Shown here: positions 26,621-39,769 of the stretch, piece after piece | Numbering within the stretch: position 1 is the first letter of the stretch | How the letters are laid out: each line of letters begins with the position of its first letter | Source: Ruditapes philippinarum | Lineage: Eukaryota | Direction of reading: 5' to 3' | Length of the DNA: 64,000 bases | Assembly: GCF_026571515.1 (NCBI RefSeq) | Contig: NW_026853088.1 | Location: forward strand, 1-64,000 | Made by a program: the position numbers and the translations under genes | Notes under the pieces: model-generated | What the model saw: only the letters and a program-made list of their open reading frames with translations | What the model was told of the DNA's origin: nothing | The model's database searches: none

Positions 26621-28280
26621 TTCAACAGAGAACTGTTCTATTTAAACTGACAAAACATGCACATGACACACAGTTTCATTTAACGCAGTGGCACATAGAC
26701 ACAGGGACAGATGTTACTGGTTATTATGACTTGTTTACTCAGTATGTTTACAGTTCTCAATATACAGACAAAAATAAATACCAACAACAAAAAATCCCCA
26801 ACATAATGATAAATATCTACCTTCAGCAACACATAAATATTGCGTAGACGAAAATAGCAATAATTTTCAAATCTTTCCACGGGCAATGATATATTTGAAA
26901 TAATAAACAACAATAACTTAAAGTATATTTATTGTACAGTTCAAGGTGAGAACCACTGTGAAATACGTAAAGTGTTTTCTTAATTATGAACGTTTCACCT
27001 ATTTGACCCCACATTCTTCTTATGCATGCTACGATTTAGTGTCTAAAGAAAAAATATTAATATATACTTAAAGATATACAATGCTCAAATTTGATTTTTA
27101 AAAATATTAATAATTGATACACAGTCTCTTTGTATGTATAAAATAAACATGTTTCGACTTCATTTAAAGTAGATATGTTATGTTTTGAACTCGACACACT
27201 ATAGGTGGTCACAGTATGAATATATAGTGTCATTAAAAAACTGGCAGTTTTTTTAAGAAAAGACCAACTTCACTTGACTTGTAATAGGGAATGCAGCTTC
27301 CCATACATAGTCTATTCATTATTTTATTCAAATTAAACATATTCAGTAAGAATTTCATGGATTTCAATACATTTCTAAGATAAAAATATTTTACCTAAAG
27401 ATGAGCATAGTATATCTTTAATTTACTATATAGTACAATATATTTTGACAGCAAATGCGTTTCTTACAATTTTATTACAAAATAATGAAAAGAAAAATCT
27501 ATTAAAACGATTTTTAATTTCAAATAACTATCACAAGTGCAAATAGTGAAATGGTTTCTTTTTTAGTATATCAGTTCATCAGAATTGATTAAATTATAAA
27601 AACCTCTGGAGAAACAACGCATACTTGTCTTGTGTGACTGGTTTATCAACCGTTACCAAACTAATTTTATATAATGGACTTAACCTGCTTTGAACTTAGA
27701 ACTATCCATTGTTATTTCAAGGGGTTTTAACATTATTTAGAGAGTTTTTTTGTTGTTGTTTTTAATTGCCAGGTGGCAATAGCAAGTAACAGCATTCCTA
27801 ATCAGATGTTGTTTTCCTTGTATTTTGGGTATATAATAAATTTTCACAGAATTGGGAATTTAAACAATGTGAAGCTTAAAATTGGGAATTTAATAATAAT
27901 GGGGTGGTCATATAGAAGTGTTCAAAGTGTAAAATATATTGTTATTTAGATGGAAAGAACTCCCCCACATGTTACGACAGTAAAAACCTTTGGCAAGAAA
28001 TTGTTTCCATGGAGGGAAATGTGTCAATCAATAGAGGGCATAAAATATAATTTTCCATTAAGGATATAATAATATAATGACCATAAGATCAGCCATCATT
28101 TGAATGTGAAAGTGATAACAAGACAGACCATTTGGCCTACTTATCAATTCATTTAGCAATTACATTTATTTTGATTCTAATTTTCTTTTTTTTACATGTA
28201 TAGCTCAATGAACTAGAGCTGTCACAGGAGTGAAGAAAGTTCTTCAATGAGTAAAGAATTTAAAGTATAGACAAACAATT

Positions 28281-28450
28281 GTCTGACATTTGACCTTCAT
28301 GATGACCTTCACCAAGAGCCACCATAGGCATCTGACATTTGACCTTTATGATGACCTTCACCTTGAGCCAACACATGCATCTAACATTTGACCTTCATAA
28401 TGACCTTCACTTTGAGCCAATACGACCATCTGATATGTGACCTTCATGAT
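28281..28450. repeat. 49-bp tandem repeat (~3.5 copies) rich in TGACCT
   Basis: catctgacatttgaccttcatgatgaccttcaccttgagcca repeated. Confidence 0.85.
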
Positions 28451-28735
28451 CAGCAAACACAGGCAGAAAACATGATACTGAACATCATATTATTAGGGAC
28501 TGGTGAACATTTGAGCAAAATTTAAAGCCAATCCTTTAATGGGTTCAGAATATATAGAGTTGACATAAAATTGATTGAAATTAAACCTTCAAAGGTGATA
28601 TTGAAATGAGGCAGCAGTGGTGGCATGGCTTCTGCATATTGCCGTGTTGGAGGTGAACATTTTAGGCAAGATTGAATCTTAACAAATCTTACACATATAA
28701 GATATTCCAATATTTAATGACAATAAAAGTCTCAC

Positions 28736-28877
28736 CTTCTCTGGACATGCCAACGGCAAAACACTTTTTTAATCTACAATACTGGCAGGAATTCCGAGTG
28801 AAAGGCGTTATTTCACACTTTTCATCATTTGAGCATTTGTGAGTCATTCCCTGTGTTATACATCTTCTAAAGAAACC
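28736..28877 (-). CDS. NR1-family nuclear receptor, coding exon 2 (recognition helix and second zinc finger)
   Basis: tttcag|GFFRRCITQGMTHKCSNDEKCEITPFTRNSCQYCRLKKCFAVGMSRE+G|gtgaga; 142 nt, phases 0/1. Confidence 0.96.
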
Positions 28878-29162
28878 CTGAAAATTCACAAAATAAGACA
28901 TTCATGAAATCAAATAATAATTGCCTGAATTTAAAGAACAGAATTTCACAAATCTAACATTTATAACAAGAGACCATGGAAACACACAGAACAAGACATA
29001 AGTAACACAAATCAATAATTGCTTTAATAAATGCAGTGAAATTTACAAAATAAAGAAATTCATGAAAACGACAGCTGCCTAAAAAGACCTTGAAAAGAGA
29101 TTCATAAAATAGCTTGAATCCAACACAGAGAATTTCCCAAAATATGACATTCATTAAATTAT

Positions 29163-29290
29163 GATGACTTTCCAGCTTTGCTATCGGATCTGATAAAGAT
29201 GTCAGGTATGTCCCTCCATGCTTTATTTCAGGCACAAAAGGCAGCCTAAATAGAACCACTGACCTTCCCTAAGCTAGCTGGATAGCAGCT
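29163..29290 (-). mobile_element. Fragment of the 21659 SINE family
   Basis: gactttccagcttt...ttatttcaggcacaaaaggcagcc...tagaaccactgaccttccctaagctagctggatagc. Confidence 0.7.
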
Positions 29291-30058
29291 ATGAACTAAA
29301 TAAGACATTCATGAATCAGACATTGTCTATACAAACACTGAAAAACTTTTATATAATTGTTAATCATAAATCTTTATTAAACTAAATAAATCCTGACAGA
29401 TGCCTAGTCAAGACATTCATTTAACTGACTATTGCCTCTTTTTTATCAGGACACTAACATCATTCAAGTATGTTATATAAATTGTCAGACTTCCAAGGAT
29501 ATATATCTATCTATCCTACAGCTAGAACTCAGAACTACCCTAGTTCCAACAGACATCTCTTGTAAGAATTATTAACATTGAATTCGGAACTATTCATTCC
29601 ATGTTTTAGGGATTTCAATATCAAATACCAAAATTGAGCTATCAACAGTATAGAGCCTGGTAACACTGTTCGGATGGGCCGACCGGCATGGTTCTATATT
29701 CAGATGTCAAGGCTGATCACTTTCATTTCCAGCAGGTAATGGTGTAGTAAAGGGTTTTATGTTTTTTTAAAGGACCATTCCTGCTACAGAAAGACACTTA
29801 AAATGTTTTTTTTGTTTTTTTAATTTTACAATTTCATACTTACAAAATGCAAATGGAAACTTAAAAACACCAGTATATTTTATTTATATTTAGTGTTTAC
29901 TTGTGCAAAGATGTAAAGTACACTAAACCTAAATTTTAGTTATCCCTGAAACATGTTACAAATGACCAAGTTTTTCATATGACCTATTATAACTCAAAGT
30001 ATTCATGTCTCAAGACTGTAATGTAAGGGAAAGTTTTAACTAACAGCCAATTACTAAC

Positions 30059-30160
30059 CTTACAACCCTCGCATGAGTCCACGCCATAGTGGTACCCTGA
30101 TGATTCATCATTACAAACTTTACATGTCGGCGTTCGCCCGTTTCCCGCTTTCACCGGCAT
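30059..30160 (-). CDS. NR1-family nuclear receptor, first identifiable coding exon (first zinc finger, P-box); exon acceptor at 30188
   Basis: [34 protein letters not shown]|gttagt; tttcag acceptor before 30188. ATG 30160 is the probable start, but the frame is open back to the acceptor. Confidence 0.93.
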
Positions 30161-31729
30161 ACTTTTGGTCGTTACTGAATTGTTACATCTGAAACAGACA
30201 AACAAGATCAATCAAAATCAGGAGTTTAAATCCCTTTTTTCTTATTTCAATTATACTTTTTTTTGTTCAATTACAAATTACATCAACAACTTATACATTT
30301 TACTTCAACCATTTGCCTGCTAGTGGCAATTAGGAGGTTCTTACAAAATTGCCACCAGTGCAGTCACCAAGATCACTCCGCATATTGTGCAGCTTGGTCA
30401 TATGCCTGTATTGTATTGTGGGATAATCCATCTGAATATTATTATATTTTTAAATTTTTCCCTAAAAATGTAACATGATTTTATCGAGACTGAACAATAG
30501 ACAAGTCCATTTTTGGTATTTAGCATTAGTAATTAAGGGATATAACAAGATGGAACAGCACAGGTCACTAGCAACTTTGGTTTGATCCTGATATCGGAAG
30601 TAAAAGTATTGATTAATTTCATGTAATTGGATAAAATTTTACAGTTTCCATTAGGGGGCGCTTAAATGGATTTCAACAGACACTATCAATTACTGTTCTT
30701 AAAAGAGTGTTCTTTCATGAAATTTGACAGAAACCGTCAATTGATACGTATTGTGCCTGAGAAGAAAGCACTTTCATAAATTTTAACAAAAATTGAAAAT
30801 TACTGCGTCTATGTACAATTCAATGACATTAATTTCCAGTTATTGTCATTTTTTATTCATTCTTTTTTCTATCTGCATGTAGCAAGCACAACCAAGAAAT
30901 TCAACAGAAAATGTGATAAATCAGTACTCAAATAGAATGATATTCAACACAAATTATCTGAATAATTTGCCCACATCTCAAACAAATTTTATGATTTATT
31001 ATACAGAAATACTAAAATGGAATGCAATCAAAATGAAATTGGACAGAAATTGCCAATTTGGAACAAAAATTGGGGATTTAAAATGTAACAGTGCATTTTC
31101 AGTTCTTCTGCATAATGAAAATAAACGTAATGATGTAATATTTTACAACAACCTCAAACACTTAACCTGTTGAAAGTTTTAAATAAACTTGTTTGCCTTC
31201 CATTTTTAGAGCATTCTATTATCAGGTTTGGGGACATGAAAATAAAAATTCAAAGTGTTCAAGTCCAGCCAACAGTACACAGCCTGTAGGTCGGACTGCA
31301 CAGATGTGCAGGCTGGTCTACCTTATTTTGCTTTAACCACTTAATTATCTATCCTGAGAAAGTCAAAGGTAAGAAATCATGACAGGATTATGACAAACAT
31401 AATAAATCAGCAATCTGACAAAGCTATAGATAAACAGCATGAAGAAACCTAGAAAACTGTTTCATATCAAGTTTATAATCCTGTCAAAATATTCCTACAT
31501 ACAACATTGACACAGGAATGTGAATCCAACAGCAGTAATTTCTGACTTGTATTCTTTATATTTACATACATAAACAATATAATGATACAGAAAAGTCGGT
31601 CAATTACCTAACTGTACTTACAGCCATGACTGACAATTTTCTCACATGATTATTGTAAACTGGTTCACTACAGATTATCCTGCTCAGTTTATGTATCATA
31701 CATAATTATTATACTTCCTGCCCCGATCA

Positions 31730-33030
31730 TACTATTAGCCAGCCTGCTAAGTTAATACTATTAGACACCCTTCATAATTAATACTATTAGACAACCTGCC
31801 TAGTTAAAACTATTAGACAACCAACCAAGTAAATACTAGTGTACATTCTGTCCACATAATACTATAAGACAAGTTCTGCCTAGTTAACACTATTAGGCAG
31901 CCTGCCTAGTTAATACTATTAGACAGCCTGCCATGTTTATACTATATATTAGACAGCCTGCCAAGTTTATACTTTAAGACAGTCTGCCAAGTTAATACTA
32001 TTAGACAGTCTGCCAAGTTTATACTTTAAGACAGTCTGTTAAGTTTATACTTTAAGACAGTCTGCCAAGTTTATACTATAAGACAGTCTGCCAAGTTTAT
32101 ACTTTAAGACAGTCTGCCAAGTTAATTCTATTAGACAGCCTGCCAAGTTTATACTTTAAGACAGCCTGCCAAGTTAATACTATTAGACAGCCTGCCAAGT
32201 TAATACTATTAGACAGCCTGCCAAGTTAATACTATTAGACAGTCTGCCAAGTTAATACTATTAGACAGTCTGCCAAGTTAATACTATTAGACAGCCTGCC
32301 AAGTTTATACTTTAAAGACAGCCTGCCAAGTTTATACTTTAAGACAGTCTGCCAAGTTAATACTATTAGACAGCCTGCCAAGTTAATACTATTAGACAGC
32401 CTGCCAAGTTAATACTATTAGACAGTCTGCCAAGTTAATACTATTAGACAGCCTGCCAAGTTTATACTTTAAGACAGCCTGCCAAGTTTATACTATAAGA
32501 CAGTCTGCCAAGTTTATACTTTAAGACAGCCTGCCAAGTTAATACTATTAGACAGTCTGCCAAGTTTATACTTTAAGACAGCCTGCCAAGTTAATACTAT
32601 TAGACAGTCTGCCAAGTTTATACTTTAAGACAGTCTGCCAAGTTAATACTATTAGACAGCCTGCCAAGTTAATACTATTAGACAGCCTGCCTAGTTAATA
32701 CCAGTGTACATTCTGTCCAGACAAGTTCTGCCTGGTTAATACTATTAGACAGCCTGCCAAGTTAATACTATTAGACAGCCTGCCTAGTTAATACTATTAG
32801 ACAGCCTGCCAAGTTAATACTATTAGACAGCCTGCCAAGTTAATACTATTAGACAGCCTGCCTAGTTAATACTATTAGACAGCCTGCCTAGTTAATACTA
32901 TTAGATAGTCTGCCTAGTTAATACTATTAGATAGTCTGCCTAGTAAATAATATTAGACAGTCTGCCTAGTTATACTATTAGATAGTCTGCCTAGTTAATA
33001 ATATTAGATAGTCTGCCTAGTTAATACTAC
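31730..33030. repeat. Minisatellite, 26-bp unit ttaatactattagacagcctgccaag
   Basis: Directly visible, ~50 units, with two interleaved variants (ttaatactattag / tttatactttaag). Confidence 0.97.
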
Positions 33031-33440
33031 ATTTATATGTTCAAAAAGACCTTGATAAAAAGTAGGACAAAACTTTCCAGACAAATTTCCACACTACAGA
33101 AAGTTGGCAAACATCAACATATTTTTAGAGCATTCTTTACAAAACAATACAAGAAAAGCATTGATGCAAAGCATCAAAGGGCGACGCCAAAAGAATTTGA
33201 TCCAGATTTGCACCTAAATACTTAACAAAAGATGTGTACTTTATAGCAGTACCATTACATGTGACCTGGAGGCTAGGGCCAGGTTAAGTTGAAACTTAAA
33301 CCAAAAAAGAATAGACTCTGTCTTGCCAAGATGCAAAGGCAATTTATAGTCAATTAAGCAATCTTATAAGACTCATGCTATAAGAAAGAATTTCTTCAGA
33401 TTTAATTTATGAGACACAAGGATTCCTGAGTCATCAGCAT

Positions 33441-33711
33441 ATAATCACAGGCACGAGTATCGGACCTGGGAAGAAAAAATATCACCAGATGACCAGATTG
33501 ATAAAAAAAACTGTGTTTATAAAAACCAAAACAAAAAATGTAAATAATGATCCCCTTTAAAAATATACTTTCAACTTGAAGTATATTTTTAAAGGGGGTC
33601 ATTATTTACATTTTATTTTGGTTGTTGACACTTTTAAGATGAACACAGGTTTTTTTATCAATCTGGCCATATTTTTTCATCCAAGGTCTGATACTCGTGC
33701 CTGTGCATTAT
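33441..33711. mobile_element. MITE with ~70-bp imperfect terminal inverted repeats
   Basis: cacaggcacgagtatcggacct...ccagattgataaaaaaaactgtgtt versus aacacagg..ttttttatcaatctgg...aggtctgatactcgtgcctgtg. Confidence 0.8.
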
Positions 33712-36700
33712 AATAAAAGCTTATTGCTTAGGGTTGAAGACATGTAATTGACATATATTAGACATAAAAGAGGACCTAAAATGAACAATCAGGGGGACAG
33801 CATAGGTACTCAGAGCAGTAGTAGAATAAGTACCAGCCACATCAACCAGCTACTATCAGAGATAAGACTTAAACATGTAAGAATGTCATTATATATGGCA
33901 GATGCTTGAAGTTTCATGAAGAAGAAAGAAAAACAACTTCTTCATGTGCAGGATAGTGGTGTTCAACTGTATCAAATGCCCTTTGTAGATCTAAAAGTAT
34001 CATGCAATACTGCCTTTGTCCATTTCAAATAATGCAATCTGTTAAATGAATCAAACATGTGTCAATTGAAAAACCACTTCTAAACCTGACTGAAACTGCC
34101 TGACCATGACTCAAACCCATGATTTCAGAACAGCCAACTGAGCTATCCGTCCTGCTACACAATTTTCTCTTTAATAATGAAACAGTTCTAAACCACAACA
34201 TATTTCCCCACTATATCGATTTGTGTTCGTGAATTTCTTATGTTACAGAGCATAGGAAATTGAACTCATGCTTATATGCAGTCATAGGATGAGAAAAACT
34301 TTGAGCTTGACCAGAACTCATTAACCTGTGACCAACATAAGAAGAAATTTTATGAAGGCTGATTTGTATTTTGCATCAAGGGCACCGGGCAAAAACATGA
34401 AAATGCAACAAACAAACCACTTTGTGGTAGATTGTATTTTCATGTTTTTCATCTGGCGCCCAGTTACTTTTTGTACTATGTTGGTTTTCATGTGGCACAA
34501 ATCACCCACTATAAATTTAGTGCACAAATTTTTCAAGGGCAAGTAACAATCTACTCTATGTACAGTCTGTTATCGCGTTGACTCAGGAGACCTGGAGGTT
34601 GAGACCGGTGTCTCTTCATTACAAATAGATAAGACAGAAGCTGTCCTTTTTCAAACTATGCACATGTTAGAAAAAAATAGAATAACTATTCAGAATATGA
34701 TTTTTTGAGACTTTATTAATTATATTGCTTGATCCAAGTTTAAGGACATTTTCAATCAATACATGTTTTATCATTTATAACTTTAAATGAAAGTCTCATC
34801 CCTTTAATAATAATGACATAACTGTATCTCTTTAAATGCAGAAAAATTATAAGTCTCAACATATCAATATACTACTGTCTAAGATATACATGTACATGCA
34901 CATAACATTAATAATTCCCAGTTTATATCAAATAAATATGAAATCCTAACATTAACATTAACATGCTTTTGATGACCTTGCAACTGGTGAATTATATACA
35001 ACAAAAATAGTATTATAAGTAATAACTAAGATAGACAGAAAAGAACAAATAATTTAGTAAACATAAGTTACTTCCCCTTAAAATAAAGAAGACCTGAAAC
35101 CCAAAAGAACACGATAAACAGCAAAATTATGAAATGTTGCAGGTTCAATTTTATCAAGCCATGCAAATTAATGGTAAAGTATTCATAAAAAAATAGATGG
35201 CCATGTGTCAGCAGTAATTGCAGAAAATCGGATAGCTTTCAACATCCGGATACTGGTACACTTTGTAAAACAACCATTCTGCGCAACAGATAAATGTAAT
35301 AAGGATAAAATCAATAGGATAATCGTTTACAACAGTTTCATTACCTATCCTTATACTCAATTGCAGGTGAACTTTCTTCTTGTAGGAAAATTTTGAAAAT
35401 GTATAAATGATACGGCCCCAATCTAGACCACAACGATATTCGAAATCCGGGTTTTAGTATTGTCATTAAAACTAAGGGACAAGCTGTTAAACTTAACCCG
35501 CAATTTCGTGAAAATAATATCACAATGCACATGCTTTTTACATAAAGTTATTAAATACAAATATAACAACACATTTGTTTACTTGATTTTTACGAATCAA
35601 AATAAAACTAATTTACACAACATGAAATTAACTGCTAATAATAACAGCTCCTTCCATAGGCAAAAATAAAAAGCGTTCCATAATAGACGACGCCGCTCAC
35701 CGGCGTCGCCAATAACACTTTTATTACTTTTAACCTTTGCAATGCTGCATAAACTTTGTGTACTGAAGTTAGACAACACTCTGAATACTAAAATTCTGTA
35801 AAAAACCTGTCAGACACAAGACATTTTCTTCTACAAATTAAAACCAAGGTCTTTTACCATTTCATCACTGAATTTTCCTTCTCCAAGACAAAGAGTTACT
35901 ACTTTTATTCAATTAGGAATTTTTGTCATCCTATCAAGTAATAATAGGGAGTTTTTTTTGTTCAACAGAGATGTAGGAGCCAATAGAATAAAAATATCAA
36001 CATTTAGTGTTGTAATGCCCAGAATGAAAGGCATATGATAGGTTTAATAATCATCCAATATAACAAAAATTCTCCAGTTTGCTATTCATTGTACATATCG
36101 CCACATTTCATTTTTAGTAATCAAACGCCCTCATACCAATTGGAATGTTGGCTATTATGACCGACTTAAGCCCGAGAGGTTGCTGCCGCCCTTTCACAAA
36201 ATCTGATTTCATTCCATAGGGGGTGGTGTGCATGCCAATAATGGTGGATCATGCTGTCGTATTGAATGAAGTGATCCCTAATAACACTTCAGTTTAGACT
36301 TGTTAAAAGGCTAATTTTTACATATTTCTGGTCATATCTAGGTGGGGGTAATCCACCTAGCTGGCTTTCCTGGCTAACATCTTAAATCAGCAAATAACAA
36401 ATTTCTAGCAAATAACCGACTACTAATCCCACATGATTTCTGAATTCAGCTGTGAGAGACAAATGACCACAAACTGCACCTTCCATGTTCTTTCTCTTTT
36501 GTATTATAGGAAAAAATAATCACACGCTCTCTGTTGTCAAAACATGAAACCTCAGAAAAAAAGTAACCAACGAACAAGCATCTGAATATGATATTTATAC
36601 TGTTATCCCTTTCTCTGCCGTCACATTATGTAAACACCAGGAAAAATGAGCCAATCAATGAGCATGCTCTGGAGTGCGGGTAACTAATACCTGCACTCCA

Positions 36701-37962
36701 GTTAACGCACTGTGCAATATGTATGTGTATACCATTTAACTGACACATTTTTAACAGAAAGGTCCTGAAATTATGATACAAATGACTACAAACTACACCT
36801 CAATGTCATGATAAACCAGTATTCTAAGACCGACTTATCCCACATGATTTATGCATCAGACATGACAGACAAATGACCACAAACTTCACCTTGTCATTCC
36901 AAGTTTCATGTTGAAGACTTTTAAAACATTTGAATAATGGGCTCAAGACAACAATGAAAAAGTTTACTTTGAAACAGACAAAGCCAAAAATGGAAGCTGG
37001 ACAAGTCAGTTAAAGAATTTCAGAAGGATACAAGTTAAAACATGAAGTCTTGCGCTTAAGGTGATGAAAAAATGCCAAAAACATTTTTATTCTAGACATT
37101 GATTAAAGCAACAAAACCATTCTTAGATACAGACTGGAGATATTAACTGTTTTGTTATAATATTAGAAAGGATTGGCCGATCTCCAAACACCTATCACAC
37201 TTGAAACATGATAGATGAGAAGTCATAGAAATGTTTCCCAATCATCAAAATATTCCAGAGTAACAACAAACCACCAATGTGAAAATTCTTCCTTAGAAAG
37301 GTTTCAAACAGAATAAGAAATCAATTCAAACACAACAATTATATCAAAGATGGAAAGCAAAAAAAAAATGAAATATTTGTTTTTTACCTTCGGTGACTGA
37401 TTAAAAAAGAAGCTCCATGTCGTGATCATAATGCTTAAGACCAATAATTCTTGTTCACAATATGGACTGAACAAAAATCCTCTCTATGTTTTAGTTCTAC
37501 AGTTTATATTTCAGATTATATGGGGTTTGAAATGAAAGAAGATCCTTAAAGATCGATGGCATTTTTATATAAGGTATAATTATATACCTCATTATTATAT
37601 AAAATAATATAGTCATGTAGTCAACATATTTTTTATCACTATATATAATTATATATTTAAAACTTATAAACCAAAATAAGGTCTATAAATCCTGCCATAA
37701 GCAAGTTTTCATCATAATTGTATAGGTTTAATAGTTCAAATTTATTTAAGTCTATTGTAAAGAAGACTGGGAGCTTATTTAAACCATTCTCATTTTTTCA
37801 TTCTGTTTCTTGCAAACTTAGACTTTAGCCTGCTGGTGTCAGCAACAGATTCTACCCTGACATGTGACCACCTGGCATAGGACCAGTGCTGACCAAGATC
37901 AGCTGGCACATCCATGCTGTCTCCTGAGCATGGTCTACACTGCCCACTATTCAATCAATATA

Positions 37963-38199
37963 TGAGCTGCGTCACGACAAAACCAACATAGTGGGTTTGC
38001 GACCAGCATGGATCCAGACCAGCCTGCGCATCCGCGCAGTCTAATCAGGATCCATGCTGTTCGGTATCAGTTTCTCTACTTGTAATAAAGTTAGTAAGCG
38101 AACAGCATGGATCCTGATCAGACTGCGCAGATGCGCAGGCTGGTCTGGATCCATGCTGGTAGCAAACCCACTATGTTGGTTTTGTCGTGACGCAGCTCA
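37963..38199. mobile_element. Palindromic MITE, copy 2 (best preserved): ~101-bp arms, 35-bp spacer
   Basis: Arms 37963-38063 and 38099-38199 are near-perfect reverse complements, flanked by ATATA/TATAT. Confidence 0.93.
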
Positions 38200-38804
38200 T
38201 ATATTATGAATTGGTGATTTTTGCCCCCTCCAAATTTGACAGATGTTTGAACAAATCCATTTGAGAATCAGATAAATTTGCATTATTTTAGCTGACAGGA
38301 TAAAGGCCCGGTTACCTAACCATATCGGCTCTGTGCAGATCTGGCTGCGGTACGGGTTTGATTCAAACTTATGACTGATATCCTGTTGACAGTCAAAAAC
38401 ATCCAGTTGTTACATATGCATTATTATCTAGCAGTGATTAACGAGTCCTTTACTGTTTGTTATAGTGAAGTGGTTAATTAAGCCCTTAAAACACATTTTT
38501 CCACAATGAAAAACTCATTAATTAATATAACTACTTTAAGCAGAAAAAAAAATTGCAAGAAAAACAAAAAGAACTTTGAAATGTAACAAAATTACCTGTA
38601 TTTACTAGTTAAGTTACTTCTTGTGAAAATCAAATTCCTATCCATTATCTATCAAAAATATCTAACTGCAGACAGCAACAATATCATTACGTCTCAATGA
38701 AGCCTTGTTTTGTCTTACCAAGTCTAAGTAAACAATTTGTTTTGTAAAATGAATGATCATTTTCCAAACATAGCTAGAAATTTAAAGGATGGTCAAATAT
38801 AATT

Positions 38805-39493
38805 ACAAGTAAAATGGTTTCCTGCGGGTAACATTTTTAATGATATAAAGATATTTCATTTAACTATAATTTTCAACATTGTTTGGGGGAAAAATAAACG
38901 TCTGTTGACAATAATGAGGTCTTTGGAGACTTGTGACCGTTGAAGACCGGAGACCGGAGAAAGTCGAAAATAAAACAATTATTTCTTTTTAAGAAAATGA
39001 TTAAATACCATTGTATGAATAATTCCATGTAAAAAAGGGAAAACACACACGTGTACGAAGAAAATATCACTATTGATTATGGCAGCTGTCACTAAGAATG
39101 TTTTAATTTTGTAGTTTTTCACTGTTAACAATTTATTGTTTGTAAAATTTGAGATACACATGTAGATATGAAAGAAACATTGATAATTTTCAAATACATC
39201 ATGCCAGTTTTTTCATCCTTAAATTGTAAAATAATTATAGTAAATTAAAAATATCACGTAATAGTTTTATGTTGTTAATTAGGTGTAATTCGGACTAGTT
39301 CCCTAGAGGTAAATCCGTAACCTACCGGGCAAACGGTATTTAGCTAGATTTTCGAAAAGGTCAATTAGCCATTCATGTACGGTTTACAGATCACCTGCTC
39401 CTCCATGTACTGAAAACAGGTCACGTGCTCCTCCATGCCTCAAAAATTAAACGCGTACCAATACCCTGCGGGCTTCGGTCTGCAGGGAATTAT
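38805..39493 (+). mobile_element. Possible HINE/Helentron-type non-autonomous element without satellite core
   Basis: Begins acaag...ttcctgcggg and ends in GC-rich hairpin ccctgcgggc-ttcg-gtctgcaggg, the same terminal layout as 52864 and 57845. Interior is CpG-richer than the flanks. Confidence 0.45.
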
Positions 39494-39769
39494 AATAGCA
39501 TCATGCAGGTATAAGCATTTGTCAGACATTAATACCAATTATGATTTTAATATTTAAGTCATATATTCATGAGCTTAAAAAATACCTTTACCTACAGAAA
39601 TTTGTTCAGAACTGCTTCATAAGATCAGACTGCGAGGATGCTACAGCTGCAGTCTCCATGACTCTCAACTAGTGGAAAAGGCGAGACAATTAAACACCTG
39701 CAGAGATGATTTTTAATACCCTCATTTTAATGACTATTATCACTGAATTTGTATATATACCGTACTATA

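Noticed and set aside
10857-30160. Assigning a gene symbol such as E75, NR1D, HR3 or E78
   Set aside because: DBD and CTE differ from each canonical group; a phylogeny is needed.
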